From a virus, in IMG/VR virus record IMGVR_UViG_3300022666_000049, positions 8,771-72,770 of that record: a stretch of DNA of 64,000 nt. One strand, 5' to 3'. Below, piece by piece: positions 49,403-58,764 of this stretch (position 1 is its first letter; each line of letters starts with the position of its first letter). The notes below the pieces were generated by a model that saw nothing but the letters and a program-made list of their open reading frames with translations, made no database searches and was not told the DNA's origin. A program made the translations under genes and the position numbers.

Positions 49403-51232
49403 TTAAATTGGAAGTATTCTTGTTATTACATAATTATTTCGCCTACTGGCATTAATAGGAGGCCTTCTCTCCATTCCTCTGTTAAAAGTTCTAGAGACAA
49501 CTGGAACAAGCTCTTCCTCTTTTGGTTCATATTTTTTAATTTTGTTTTCATCCAACGTAATAGGCTGTGGAGAATTATCTGTTAATAAGACTATAGATTG
49601 ACTATGGTGTATATTAATAGTGTCCATTTCCATATTAGGACTTAATAGTTCTCTAGCATTTATGCGTACTGACTCTGCTATAATTCTCTTAAATAATTCT
49701 GAGTAATGTTTTATAATGCCATATAGTGCTAGACAGAATGCATCAATTAGATGGTCTTCAAATCCACTATTCTTTTCAAAACCGTACTGTTCTGTTCCCT
49801 TCCCAGTTATATTTAGCATCTTATAGTTTTCTAAACTTGCTATAAGGTCTACATCTGATGCTGGATAAGATATTGGAACTAGATTATTTTCAGGTTCAAA
49901 TAATCTTGATACCTGACCAATTATAAATCCTCTTGTCGTCTTTTTAGTTATCTCTCTATTAAATGGATCCTCTATTTCAGTCCAAGAACCAAATTGTACA
50001 GGCTCTAAAATATGCTTGATCATTGCATCAGGATGCATAGGCTCAATCATACCATCCTGCTCTGATTTAAGTGACCATAGCTTTAAATCTTCACATATAG
50101 AGTGAGAATATCCATAGTCTACCATCCAATGTTTTGGTTGCCATTTTCTGTTTAATTCTATGAATGTTTGTTTTGCAACTGTACTATTCCATACTGCAGA
50201 AGATACAACTTGTTTATCAACACATTTTATATGATTTATATCTGGGTTAAAACCTATGATATAAAAATATGTACCGATATTTGGACCATTCCAGTCAACG
50301 CCACCAAAATATAGATATCCAGGCTCTCTAGCGCAAAACTCATATTCATACTCTGATTTAGCTAAGTCTATTCCTTTATGGTTAAATGGACCACCTGAGA
50401 CATCTGGGAACTCAGCTTCAGCTTCTTGTTTAAAGCCTGTCTCTCCAAGCAACTTCTTAAAGAACTCAATCTGACCCGCCATTTCTTCTACATCGTAAAT
50501 GGATGTGTGAAACTCTGCAAACTCAGGTGACTCTTTACATGCTTCGTAAAAAGGATTACCTCTGCCTTTTGGTGTAGAAGTTTCTATAATAGTTGCATCA
50601 TCACCTCTAGATGCCATAACCATTATAATGTCATTTAATATTTCTTTTTGTACAATTGCAGCCTCATCTATATATAGCCAATCGCAAGTCTGTCCACGGA
50701 CACCAGGTCCGGCAATCATAAGGATAATCTTTGATCCATTATCAAACTGTACATTATAAGTAGGGCTCATAGACTTACCAGTCATGGAAGACTTGATTAT
50801 GTCACTTTTATATATAAAGTCTCTAAATATATATTCGTCCCAAATCTTTTTAATCTGAGCTTCCTGTGGAGCAACAACTAATACGGTTGCATTTTCATTG
50901 GTTATAATGTGATGAAATATCTTAAACATTATAATTAATGTTTTACCAGTCTGCCTACATTGTCTAGCTGCTAGTTTTTTAGATGAGCAATATAAAAGTT
51001 TTTTCTGATACTTTCTAGCTGGCTTGCCATATACTAGACCAAAGAAATATACTGGGTCATATAGCCATCTGGCATCTTCTTCTGTCATTCCATTTTTTAT
51101 AGCAAACTTAACATCTTGTTCTACGGTTATGCCAGAGCAGTCACAAGCAAACTTTCCATATTTCTCAAATTGCTTTTTAATACAAGCTTGACATATATCA
51201 TTCTTATAGGCGCTACTATTAATATTACGCAT
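49403..51232 (-). CDS. terL: Terminase large subunit (609 aa)
   Basis: Walker A RQCRQTGKT, Walker B LYIDEAA, coupling motif TSTPKG, nuclease GGVDW and DHLIDAF. Confidence 0.93.
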   Translation of the reverse strand: MRNINSSAYKNDICQACIKKQFEKYGKFACDCSGITVEQDVKFAIKNGMTEEDARWLYDPVYFFGLVYGKPARKYQKKLLYCSSKKLAARQCRQTGKTLIIMFKIFHHIITNENATVLVVAPQEAQIKKIWDEYIFRDFIYKSDIIKSSMTGKSMSPTYNVQFDNGSKIILMIAGPGVRGQTCDWLYIDEAAIVQKEILNDIIMVMASRGDDATIIETSTPKGRGNPFYEACKESPEFAEFHTSIYDVEEMAGQIEFFKKLLGETGFKQEAEAEFPDVSGGPFNHKGIDLAKSEYEYEFCAREPGYLYFGGVDWNGPNIGTYFYIIGFNPDINHIKCVDKQVVSSAVWNSTVAKQTFIELNRKWQPKHWMVDYGYSHSICEDLKLWSLKSEQDGMIEPMHPDAMIKHILEPVQFGSWTEIEDPFNREITKKTTRGFIIGQVSRLFEPENNLVPISYPASDVDLIASLENYKMLNITGKGTEQYGFEKNSGFEDHLIDAFCLALYGIIKHYSELFKRIIAESVRINARELLSPNMEMDTINIHHSQSIVLLTDNSPQPITLDENKIKKYEPKEEELVPVVSRTFNRGMERRPPINASRRNNYVITRILPI

Positions 51233-51698
51233 TATCCTCTAAAACCTCATTTAGTTCTGCTGTATCTTCTGGCACAGTTTCTTCATTTTTTATAACTAGT
51301 TTTTGTGAAATCCAAGTAGGGAATGTTATATTGTGTATGCCATTAGCTACACCATCTTTGTCTCCGGAATTATGATGTTCGTTACATAAGACTAAACAAT
51401 TCCTTATATCATCTACAGTAGTGATTGGAATATTTTTTAGTAACTTTCCATATCCATATGGATCAAAATCTTCACAAAATTGTTTTAACTTATCAAAATC
51501 ACATACATTTTCAAGACATCATTCCATTCCACTATGATGTACTTCTAAGTCTTCTAAAGATCCACAAACCCAACAATAGTAATGTCCGTCTTTCCTGAGT
51601 CTCGCCTTAGTCTTTCTAAACTCTTTAGACTCTTTCCTTTCTTCATGACTAGGAACTACTAGTAAATCTGTTAATGTTTTCTTTACTACATGTGTCAC
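51225..51698 (-). pseudogene. HNH endonuclease-like gene (157 codons) interrupted by in-frame TGA at codon 60 (51519-51521)
   Basis: GTG at 51698 with SD AAGGAG; translation ...HYYCWVCGSLEDLEVHHSGME*CLENVCDFDK...DDIRNCLVLCNEHH...GIHNITFPTW...; TAA 51225-51227 overlaps the terL start. Not in the ORF track. Confidence 0.75.
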
Positions 51699-52459
51699 AA
51701 CTTTCTCCTTAATGCTACTGAAATAGCTTTGGCTGCTGGTCCAAGGTTACTTGATTTCCCTGGTGTTACATTTATTGCCTTTAATATAGTCTTTGATTTA
51801 TCTATCTTTTTAAATGGTATCTTGCTTGTAGTTGTATCAATTACCTGTCTAGCTGGCTTTGTAATATTCTCTGCCCCATCTACAGCCCTCATTGCCTCTA
51901 AGTCTTTTAACCTAGACTCTACTTCAAAAGCTGGTACAATATTTTCTGGATAAAATGTTCCAAAGTTTAGTGCGTTTGACTCTTTAGTAAATACACCATC
52001 ATATCCTTTTGCTTTTAATTCATCTAGTACAGATTTATGCTCTATAACTGCCCAGTTTCCCCATTCTGCAAATTTATTTAGCTTTTCTAATTGCCTTTCT
52101 TCTGTTAGCCCTTCTAATACAGGAGCGAATCTTGTTTGGAAATCTGGCGTTTTTAACTTATTTTTAAGTATCCCAGATAATTCTTCCCTATGTGCTTCAT
52201 TTCTAAAGTCCCAAGGCTTAGAGCTTTTTATATAAGATGGCCTAACATTAGCCCCAGGACCTTCTGTGGCAAAGGTATTGGCAAACTCTGCGTTTGCTGA
52301 GCCATAGAATAGCCCCGTATGCTTACTTACGCCATAATTCTTGAAGTTTTCGGCAGTCCCATGATAAAACTTTAGAGGGTTTCCTTGTTCGTCTGGAAGG
52401 AAACCCTTTTTTAAATTATCTATAAGTTGAGATGCTAAATCAAATTTATTATTTACCAT
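51695..52459 (-). CDS. ADP-ribosyltransferase-like protein (ART-PolyVal type, 254 aa)
   Basis: GNPLKFYHGT...GLFYGS..AEFANTFA...NVRPSYIK...KGYDGVF..E...GTFYPENI. Confidence 0.65.
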   Translation of the reverse strand: MVNNKFDLASQLIDNLKKGFLPDEQGNPLKFYHGTAENFKNYGVSKHTGLFYGSANAEFANTFATEGPGANVRPSYIKSSKPWDFRNEAHREELSGILKNKLKTPDFQTRFAPVLEGLTEERQLEKLNKFAEWGNWAVIEHKSVLDELKAKGYDGVFTKESNALNFGTFYPENIVPAFEVESRLKDLEAMRAVDGAENITKPARQVIDTTTSKIPFKKIDKSKTILKAINVTPGKSSNLGPAAKAISVALRRKL

Positions 52460-52662
52460 CTTGTTTTATACTCCCAAGTAGCAGTTAGCATAACACCATC
52501 AATATTATCTGCAATATTTATTAATAGCTCTCTATATTCATAGGACGATATGTTCTGTTTTAATAATATAGGCTTAATAGATACAGACTTAGGCTCAATA
52601 TAAGTAATATAAGAACAGCTACACATTAGGAGCATATATAAGAGTAGAATAAATTTATACAT
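52453..52662 (-). CDS. Small putative lipoprotein (69 aa)
   Basis: MYKFILLLYMLLMCSC signal peptide with lipobox-like Cys. Confidence 0.4.
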   Translation of the reverse strand: MYKFILLLYMLLMCSCSYITYIEPKSVSIKPILLKQNISSYEYRELLINIADNIDGVMLTATWEYKTRW

Positions 52663-52663
52663 A

Positions 52664-53350
52664 TTATATATTCGGATTTATAGTTCTGGTAAAGTGAGTG
52701 TCAGTTTGTCCCGCATACGCAGCAGCACCCAAAGCCATAGTGGTAACCCTACTATCTGCTACTTTAGACACCATATTCGCACCTTTTAACATCCAAGGCT
52801 TGATATTTTCATTGAATTTGGCATTCCTTGTTAAGCTTCTAGCTGCTCCACCAGCAGCACCTAACGCTCCAATAGTAGCTCCAGTTAGCATTGCATTTCT
52901 GATAAAATGTGGGTCTGTTTCAGCAATATTAGGGTTTATCATATTTCCAGCCATACCCATCACTGCTCCACCAGCAGCACCAATCCCTGCGCCCATAAGA
53001 TGCTTACCCATTGAGCCCATTTGAAAATCTTTAGCTATTGTTCCAAAAATAGATTTTGTTTGATTTTTCCATCCATCTACAGCACCTATTCTTTCTCTTA
53101 GAGTATCTCTAGACCATTTTCCTGTAGCCTTATCTGCAGCAGTGCCTGTCCCTAACCTACCACCCATAGAGGCTTCTTTAAACTTTGCCGCAGTCTCATC
53201 CATAAACTTTCCTAATCCACCACCAACTCTTGCCCCTACAGTTGCTGCCTCTGCTGTTGCTGCTGACTTTATGCTTTTCCCTACTACCATGCTACCAGCA
53301 TTGTTCCCTAAAGTTTTAGCCCCAAATTTCAAAAAATCACGTAATCCCAT
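52664..53350 (-). CDS. Gly/Ala-rich hydrophobic-segment protein (228 aa), candidate internal/ejection protein
   Basis: GAGIGAAGGAVMGMAG and GATIGALGAAGGAA glycine-zipper-like segments. Confidence 0.5.
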   Translation of the reverse strand: MGLRDFLKFGAKTLGNNAGSMVVGKSIKSAATAEAATVGARVGGGLGKFMDETAAKFKEASMGGRLGTGTAADKATGKWSRDTLRERIGAVDGWKNQTKSIFGTIAKDFQMGSMGKHLMGAGIGAAGGAVMGMAGNMINPNIAETDPHFIRNAMLTGATIGALGAAGGAARSLTRNAKFNENIKPWMLKGANMVSKVADSRVTTMALGAAAYAGQTDTHFTRTINPNI

Positions 53351-53352
53351 AA

Positions 53353-54087
53353 TTATCCCCTATTATGAAAGAGTCTAGCTGTAGATACCATTTTGCTTTC
53401 ATACATATCCATAGCCTGACCTATTGTTTGATGTAAACTGGCTTCATCTCTTTGTGTGTTAAAATATCTAGTATCGTAATGCATTTTCCTTCTATTTATA
53501 TCAAACTGTGCTGCCTGATCCATCAATCCGCCAACTTTACTAAAAGCCCATGATGCCATCATTCCTGCTGCCATAGAAGCCATCATTCCAACCATTGGGC
53601 CACCCATTCCTTTAAGAGCTTTAAACTTACCAGCTTTGTTAAAAAACCCTCTAGTGGATGACTTTTTAAGGTCACTTATAGCCTCTGATGTAAGCATTTT
53701 CAGTCCATTTTTGTCTGCATACATACTCCCGCTTGGGTTGGACCAAATGTCTCTACCCTGCATGAAACCTCTGCTCTTTCTCCACACCTCTTTGCTACCT
53801 AAAGCAGCAAACTGAGCCTGCCTCATTCCTCTCATGGTCATCTGTGCGCCAAAAATCCCAGCTCCAAAAGCCCCAGCAAACTGCCCAGCCTGGACGCCTA
53901 CATTCCTAAAAGTATCAGGATTCATGCTATTAGCATCATCTAAGAAGTTTATAGCCGCATCTCTACCTATAGCTATAGGATCCCTAGCAAAAGTCCAGTT
54001 TAAATATGTATTTACACCAGATGCATCAAAAGCTTCACCTATACCAGATAATGCTTTAGCTCCTACCTGTAATCCAGATTGTAACAT
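53353..54087 (-). CDS. Gly/Ala/Met-rich hydrophobic-segment protein (244 aa), candidate internal/ejection protein
   Basis: GQFAGAFGAGIFGA and GPMVGMMASMAAGMMASWAF segments. Confidence 0.5.
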   Translation of the reverse strand: MLQSGLQVGAKALSGIGEAFDASGVNTYLNWTFARDPIAIGRDAAINFLDDANSMNPDTFRNVGVQAGQFAGAFGAGIFGAQMTMRGMRQAQFAALGSKEVWRKSRGFMQGRDIWSNPSGSMYADKNGLKMLTSEAISDLKKSSTRGFFNKAGKFKALKGMGGPMVGMMASMAAGMMASWAFSKVGGLMDQAAQFDINRRKMHYDTRYFNTQRDEASLHQTIGQAMDMYESKMVSTARLFHNRG

Positions 54088-54088
54088 A

Positions 54089-54271
54089 TTACTCTCCTAG
54101 CATTTCCTTTAGAGTACATTTTATGTCTAAATTAGACAAAGCTATATTGTTATACATATTCTCAGCATATAAATGATATGGAACATCATTTATAAAATAC
54201 ATTTCAACATCCTTATACCTTTTGTCTATTGAAGAAAATAAACTTTCTACAGACCAATTCTTTGGTGGCAT
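54089..54271 (-). CDS. Hypothetical protein (60 aa)
   Basis: SD TAGGAGA upstream. Confidence 0.45.
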   Translation of the reverse strand: MPPKNWSVESLFSSIDKRYKDVEMYFINDVPYHLYAENMYNNIALSNLDIKCTLKEMLGE

Positions 54272-54284
54272 TATATCTCCTAGT

Positions 54285-54311
54285 AAAAAGGCTGAGTGTA
54301 AGCTCAGCCTT
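54285..54311 (-). terminator. Rho-independent terminator after the metallophosphoesterase gene
   Basis: AAGGCTGAG-TGTAAG-CTCAGCCTT with a T-run on the minus strand (A-run 54285-54289). Confidence 0.7.
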
Positions 54312-54361
54312 ATATTGTGCTACATGTGTTAATAAGCATCAGTTATACAAATAAAGAATCT

Positions 54362-55297
54362 CTATATAAATTCAGCCTTTAACCTATCTATAGAGAACTG
54401 CTCTATATCAAATCTACCCTCTTTACAGAAATGTAAAAGAGAGACACATCTAACATTAGCATGAGGAGTATCATCAGCATACCCACCAGGAGGATCCCCT
54501 TCAAAGAAACAACCTGCATTATATACTTGTATCAATTCATCATCACCATGTCTCTGACAATTAAACTCTCCTGTAAAATGAGTATGAAAGAATACAAGAG
54601 ACTTGGATGTAAGATCAGAAGCCTTTTGAGTAGCAAACTTACCAGATATAGGTTGGCCAGCAGCATTTAAAGGAACATGTGTAAACAAAGTGCCATATAT
54701 TTCTCTAAACTTTTTATAAGGGACAACGTCAAACCCTCTTTCTTTTAACTTCAAGTCTTCTACTATATCCATATGCCCAGAAAGCGCAGGATTAGCCTCT
54801 ACATACCTTTCTACTCTGAACTCATGGTTTCCTATTAGATAAACTAAAAGAGGCTTGTAATCCCTAATCTCGTCCTTATAAGACAATAAAATATCTAAAG
54901 CTTTGTTACATGTATCAATTTCTAACTTATATCTTCTTCCTTCAACAGACAACTTGTTATTTCTATCAAAGAAATTTAGAGAAAGCATATCAGCAAAATC
55001 TCCACCAAATAGAATTACATCAGGCCTCTTATCTTTTATTAACTTTGCTAAATGGGTAAATCTAGAAAGGTCTTGATCATTTGTAACATGAGCATCAGGT
55101 ATAACTAATACTCTGAATATCTTACTCTTTTGCTTTACATGAACTAAAGCAGGCCTGTCTTTTAGATGAATATTCTTCCTTTGTTTACGTATAGATTCTC
55201 TAGTCCTCTTAGGTATAAGAGAGCATAACTCATCTAGTGTCTTAAACTTATTAAAAACTAATACATCAAACTCTTCTTTTGTCCACAATTCACTCAC
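54362..55297 (-). CDS. Calcineurin-like metallophosphoesterase with N-terminal HTH/Myb-like segment (311 aa)
   Basis: VIPDAHV, GGDFAD, GNHE, THVP, FHTH motifs; N-terminal WTKEEFDVL...IPKRTRESIRK. Confidence 0.85.
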   Translation of the reverse strand: MSELWTKEEFDVLVFNKFKTLDELCSLIPKRTRESIRKQRKNIHLKDRPALVHVKQKSKIFRVLVIPDAHVTNDQDLSRFTHLAKLIKDKRPDVILFGGDFADMLSLNFFDRNNKLSVEGRRYKLEIDTCNKALDILLSYKDEIRDYKPLLVYLIGNHEFRVERYVEANPALSGHMDIVEDLKLKERGFDVVPYKKFREIYGTLFTHVPLNAAGQPISGKFATQKASDLTSKSLVFFHTHFTGEFNCQRHGDDELIQVYNAGCFFEGDPPGGYADDTPHANVRCVSLLHFCKEGRFDIEQFSIDRLKAEFI

Positions 55298-56118
55298 TAC
55301 ATATCTCCTAGTCCACCAAGTGGGTTGTCTAATTCAGTATGTACATCTTCAACATTTAAATCTTGTTTCTTTAACTCTTTCATCTTAGCCTTCATACTAG
55401 AAAGAAGTTGTGCAGGCCCAGCTTTGACCTCTTTCAAAGCAGCCTGCTTCTTATACTTCTCTTTCCTAGTAGCAGTAAAAGATTCTAGTATCTGCATCTT
55501 ATTCTTGAATATCTGCATCTTTATAGACAATGCATGAGATATCTCTTCTTTAGTTACAACCCTACCATCCTGATCTACACCAACTACAGATTCCATTCTA
55601 AGATCTTTATGATAATTAGAGAGTATAGCATTACACCTATACTCTATAAGTTCATACTCTACTAACTGATTTATAAGAACCATCTCAGGATAGTTATTTA
55701 TATCTATATCTAAAGATTCTAAATACATATTCATAGCCTGAGTAAGAACATAGTTCTCATGCAAACATTCCATACCTTCAGGACATTTATCAGCTACATA
55801 TAAAGCACATCTTCCTTTATATAAACATTCTGACTTGGTACATATAACAACTAAATTGGTAGAAGAACCAGTTTCAATATCTTTAAAAGACTTAGCAATA
55901 GATTTAAGTTCAAAAGAAGTAAGAGGTATAGAATTATACTGATTCATTCTAAGAGCTAAAACAGATCTAACTCTATCTAAACCAGCCTCCTGTTCTTGCA
56001 ACTGAGTTATAACATCACCCAGTTGATAAGTATCTATTACCTCTACATCTTTGAATTTATCATTGATTTGTTTCTTCGGCTTATTAGCCTCATCAACAAC
56101 AGCAGGAAAATCATCCAT
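55297..56118 (-). CDS. Cys-cluster protein (273 aa), terminase small subunit candidate
   Basis: ICTKSECLYKGRCAL...KCPEGMECLHE; long helical C-terminal part; near the start of the packaging operon. Confidence 0.4.
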   Translation of the reverse strand: MDDFPAVVDEANKPKKQINDKFKDVEVIDTYQLGDVITQLQEQEAGLDRVRSVLALRMNQYNSIPLTSFELKSIAKSFKDIETGSSTNLVVICTKSECLYKGRCALYVADKCPEGMECLHENYVLTQAMNMYLESLDIDINNYPEMVLINQLVEYELIEYRCNAILSNYHKDLRMESVVGVDQDGRVVTKEEISHALSIKMQIFKNKMQILESFTATRKEKYKKQAALKEVKAGPAQLLSSMKAKMKELKKQDLNVEDVHTELDNPLGGLGDM

Positions 56119-56285
56119 TACTTGTTCTCTTTCTCTAAGTTATCCAATGCATATCTAATAAGATATAATACAGAAGGACCAAACTTATATACTTTAAGTT
56201 TTCCAGCTACCTGCATAACTTCATCGTATAACTCCATACTCATATCCATTGTTACCTTTTTATTTTTACCATTCTTCTCTGACAT
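56118..56285 (-). CDS. Small ribbon-helix-helix-like protein (55 aa; not in ORF track)
   Basis: MSEKNGKNKKVTMDMSMELYDEVMQVAGKLKVYKFGPSVLYLIRYALDNLEKENK; SD TAGGAGA; TAATG coupling to the next gene; first solid gene after the promoter. Confidence 0.55.
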   Translation of the reverse strand: MSEKNGKNKKVTMDMSMELYDEVMQVAGKLKVYKFGPSVLYLIRYALDNLEKENK

Positions 56286-56426
56286 ATAAATCTCCTATAT
56301 ATTCTTTTTGCCTTTTGTTTGAAATAAAATCTTTTTTGTTGTATGTGCTTTCCTGCACAACAATTGTTCTAAGTACTTTATCAATTGTTCCATATCTTGA
56401 ACAACTATACCTGAACAACTAAAAGG

Positions 56427-56455
56427 ATTTTATCATATTTTAAATCCATTGTCAA
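56427..56455 (-). promoter_or_regulatory. Near-consensus sigma70/sigmaA promoter facing the morphogenesis block
   Basis: Minus strand TTGACA (56455-56450), 17-nt spacer, TAAAAT (56432-56427), with extended -10 TG. Confidence 0.75.
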
Positions 56456-56799
56456 CAAGAAAATATTATTTTTTCATTTTAATTCATTTTTATTTTGTAT
56501 ATGATAATATCTACGATGTTATTAACGCCTGTTGTACAGGTGTGGCCTAGGTCATGAATGACCTATAACGGTCTCTTCTAATAATAAGAGAATATTCCTA
56601 TATGTATTTGAAATTATTATAAATATTTTGAAAAATCTGAGTTTGAGTTGGGTTTGGTTTGGGGATAGGCTGGGGTAAGAAAATATTACTAATATAGGTT
56701 GGATTTGGTGGATATTGGTTGAAGGGCTAATTAGAGGTTTGGAGGGGAGAAATCGCCAAGATCCGACCCCACCACCAAAAATAACAAGGAGGAAGTACA

Positions 56800-56883
56800 A
56801 TGGGAAAGCTCAAGTATGATGTGGCTATCGAGAAGTATGCAGCATTATCTGACACTCTTCTTGCTATTAAGAAAAGGCTGTAG
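56800..56883 (+). CDS. First early ORF (27 aa), in frame through a single TAG with the next ORF
   Basis: SD AAGGAGG; MGKLKYDVAIEKYAALSDTLLAIKKRL*. Confidence 0.45.
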   Translation: MGKLKYDVAIEKYAALSDTLLAIKKRL

Positions 56884-56889
56884 TACTTC

Positions 56890-57081
56890 ATGGAGAAGCG
56901 CCTGCACTACTACTACGCTCTTAACAACGAGCGTTCTGTAGAGACAGGTATTGTGATCGGTATTGTTATTGATACCGAGTATGATCTTATACGCATCGGT
57001 GCTCTTATAGACCGGGCTGTGTATGAGACTGCCTTCCGCAAGATAGAAGAGGTAGAGGCTAAGCTTATTAAGCTCCTGTAG
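56890..57081 (+). CDS. Hypothetical early protein (63 aa)
   Basis: ORF track; weak SD; same frame as the 56800 ORF. Confidence 0.45.
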   Translation: MEKRLHYYYALNNERSVETGIVIGIVIDTEYDLIRIGALIDRAVYETAFRKIEEVEAKLIKLL

Positions 57082-57137
57082 TACAACACTCTAACAATGG
57101 GGGCTGCGCACCCTACACGCAGAGAAAGAGGTACAAT

Positions 57138-57272
57138 ATGGTAGCTGTTATCGTTGGTGTAGTAGCGTTGGTAGTTGGTTATGTTGCAGGTATCAAAGTA
57201 CAGGCAGCAAGGGATATAGGCGCTGTTGATGCTGCTATTCAGGCGGCATATGACAAGGCTATTGGGGGTTAG
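57138..57272 (+). CDS. Small single-TM protein (44 aa)
   Basis: SD AGAGGT; MVAVIVGVVALVVGYVAGIKVQ... Confidence 0.55.
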   Translation: MVAVIVGVVALVVGYVAGIKVQAARDIGAVDAAIQAAYDKAIGG

Positions 57273-57396
57273 TAATACAGTGGACTAGGCCACTATAAAT
57301 AGACACTAAGCCTAGTGCGTCTCTCATGCTCATCTGCATGAGGGGGCTGTGTAAGACCTGACCCTGTATAGGCAGGCATCAGATAGGAGGTGTAGT

Positions 57397-57633
57397 ATGA
57401 AGGTAGTGTTCTTCGCAGTGGCTGCATGTGTAGAGGATGCGCAGAAGGATACCCATCCTATAGAGGCCGTGGCATGCGAGAAGGTAAGCGATGGTATGGA
57501 GTACATGCTTAACAAGCTCCCTGCAGGGTACATGGTAGCATGGCACGGTGATAGTGAGGGTCACAAGAGTGATTCTATTCCTTACTGGTACATCAAGTAC
57601 GAGGGTAGGACCATTCTTGTACAGGGGCTGTAG
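57397..57633 (+). CDS. Hypothetical early protein (78 aa)
   Basis: SD AGGAGGT. Confidence 0.6.
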   Translation: MKVVFFAVAACVEDAQKDTHPIEAVACEKVSDGMEYMLNKLPAGYMVAWHGDSEGHKSDSIPYWYIKYEGRTILVQGL

Positions 57634-57684
57634 TACAACAATCAACGCTGTCCTATCGGCTATACGGGGAGAAAGAGGTGTATC

Positions 57685-57840
57685 ATGTTAAACAGGATTC
57701 TTGCAACTCTGGTAGTAGTGGCGATGTGGACGTTGTTGATCGGCGTTGGACCGTCTGTGGTGGCAAAGGGAATGGCTTCTGTCTATAAATGGCAGGAGCA
57801 AAGGAATGTGCTTGTTAAGGCCCTCGATGCCAGTAAGTAG
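57685..57840 (+). CDS. Small membrane/secreted protein (51 aa)
   Basis: SD AGAGGTG; MLNRILATLVVVAMWTLLIGVG... Confidence 0.55.
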   Translation: MLNRILATLVVVAMWTLLIGVGPSVVAKGMASVYKWQEQRNVLVKALDASK

Positions 57841-57870
57841 TATCCTCCAACCAAAGAAAGGAGACATATC

Positions 57871-58701
57871 ATGATGGCGAAAAAAGAAAGCAGGCTTGTA
57901 TTCGTGGAAGGCAAGAGGTGGCTTGTTAACGGGATCATTCCCTCTGACTATGGGAAGGAGGAGATTGGGCAGGCCATCAAGGACAACATAGTGCGTATCG
58001 TAGCAGTGAAGGCTCTTGAGGGGCCTATGGATGAGCGGGTGTGGATGGACCTCACACCCAGCAGGTTGGCAAATGAGGAGAACTACCGGCTGAATAACCT
58101 CGTCAAGATGAAGAACATCTGGCACATCAACATGCCGGATAGCGAGATCATCAACTGGGTGCAGCACGAGAAGAGCACCCGCTTCCCTCAGTCGGCAACA
58201 ATCAAGGTCGGTGATGAGATTGCCGATGTTGTGGAAGTGGATGGTAAGTACTACATCCATGCTGAAAAAACCTGCCAGGTCTGCGGCATTAAGATCGCAG
58301 GTACGAGGCAGGTATACAAGAAGGGTGATGGATTCACCTATCCGCAGATGTTTCAACCGGATCCTCAGTTCGCTGGAGCAGTCCCGGCCAAATTCAAGTC
58401 CAAGTTCTGGGTCTGCAAGGACCATGCTCCCGTGGACGTAACGGAGGAAACCAAGGGCGAATACAAGGCTCCTGGTGTCACCATTCCTGCACCCAAGAAG
58501 GTCCACAAGGCTGTTGTTACACCTCATGAGTACGATGATCTCAAACATGAGATCAAAGACCTCAAAGGGGCTCTTAGGGCTCTTAAAAAGAACTCTTTCA
58601 CTATCGCAGAGCTTGAGGCTAAGTTCTGGGATATGACTGGAGAGGCTGACTCTGCTGACCTTGGTGCTATTGCCAAGTTTATCAAGGCCCTCAAGAAGTA
58701 G
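57871..58701 (+). CDS. Hypothetical early protein with CxxC...CxxH Zn-ribbon-like motif (276 aa)
   Basis: SD AAGGAG; KTCQVCG...WVCKDH; C-terminal helical region. Confidence 0.6.
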   Translation: MMAKKESRLVFVEGKRWLVNGIIPSDYGKEEIGQAIKDNIVRIVAVKALEGPMDERVWMDLTPSRLANEENYRLNNLVKMKNIWHINMPDSEIINWVQHEKSTRFPQSATIKVGDEIADVVEVDGKYYIHAEKTCQVCGIKIAGTRQVYKKGDGFTYPQMFQPDPQFAGAVPAKFKSKFWVCKDHAPVDVTEETKGEYKAPGVTIPAPKKVHKAVVTPHEYDDLKHEIKDLKGALRALKKNSFTIAELEAKFWDMTGEADSADLGAIAKFIKALKK

Positions 58702-58764
58702 TCGTCACTTTTCTCATTCCCGCTAGCAGACCGGTTATAATAGTCTGCTTAAAGGAGAATAGTC

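Noticed and set aside
49403-51232. Intein or intron in terL
   Set aside because: Length is normal, and no C/S...HN splice junction or LAGLIDADG motif was visible.
627-56289. Numerous plus-strand ORFs (60-184 aa) in the track across the morphogenesis block
   Set aside because: All lie antisense to long, motif-bearing minus-strand genes, lack SD sites and look like codon-bias shadows.
56290-56400. Short minus-strand ORF (MEQLIKYLEQ...) just after the sigma70 promoter
   Set aside because: About 32 codons with no convincing SD; may be untranslated leader.
57397-58701. Three early genes in one frame, joinable by TAG readthrough into a polyprotein
   Set aside because: Each downstream gene has its own strong SD and ATG, and the linkers look non-coding; in-frame spacing can occur by chance.
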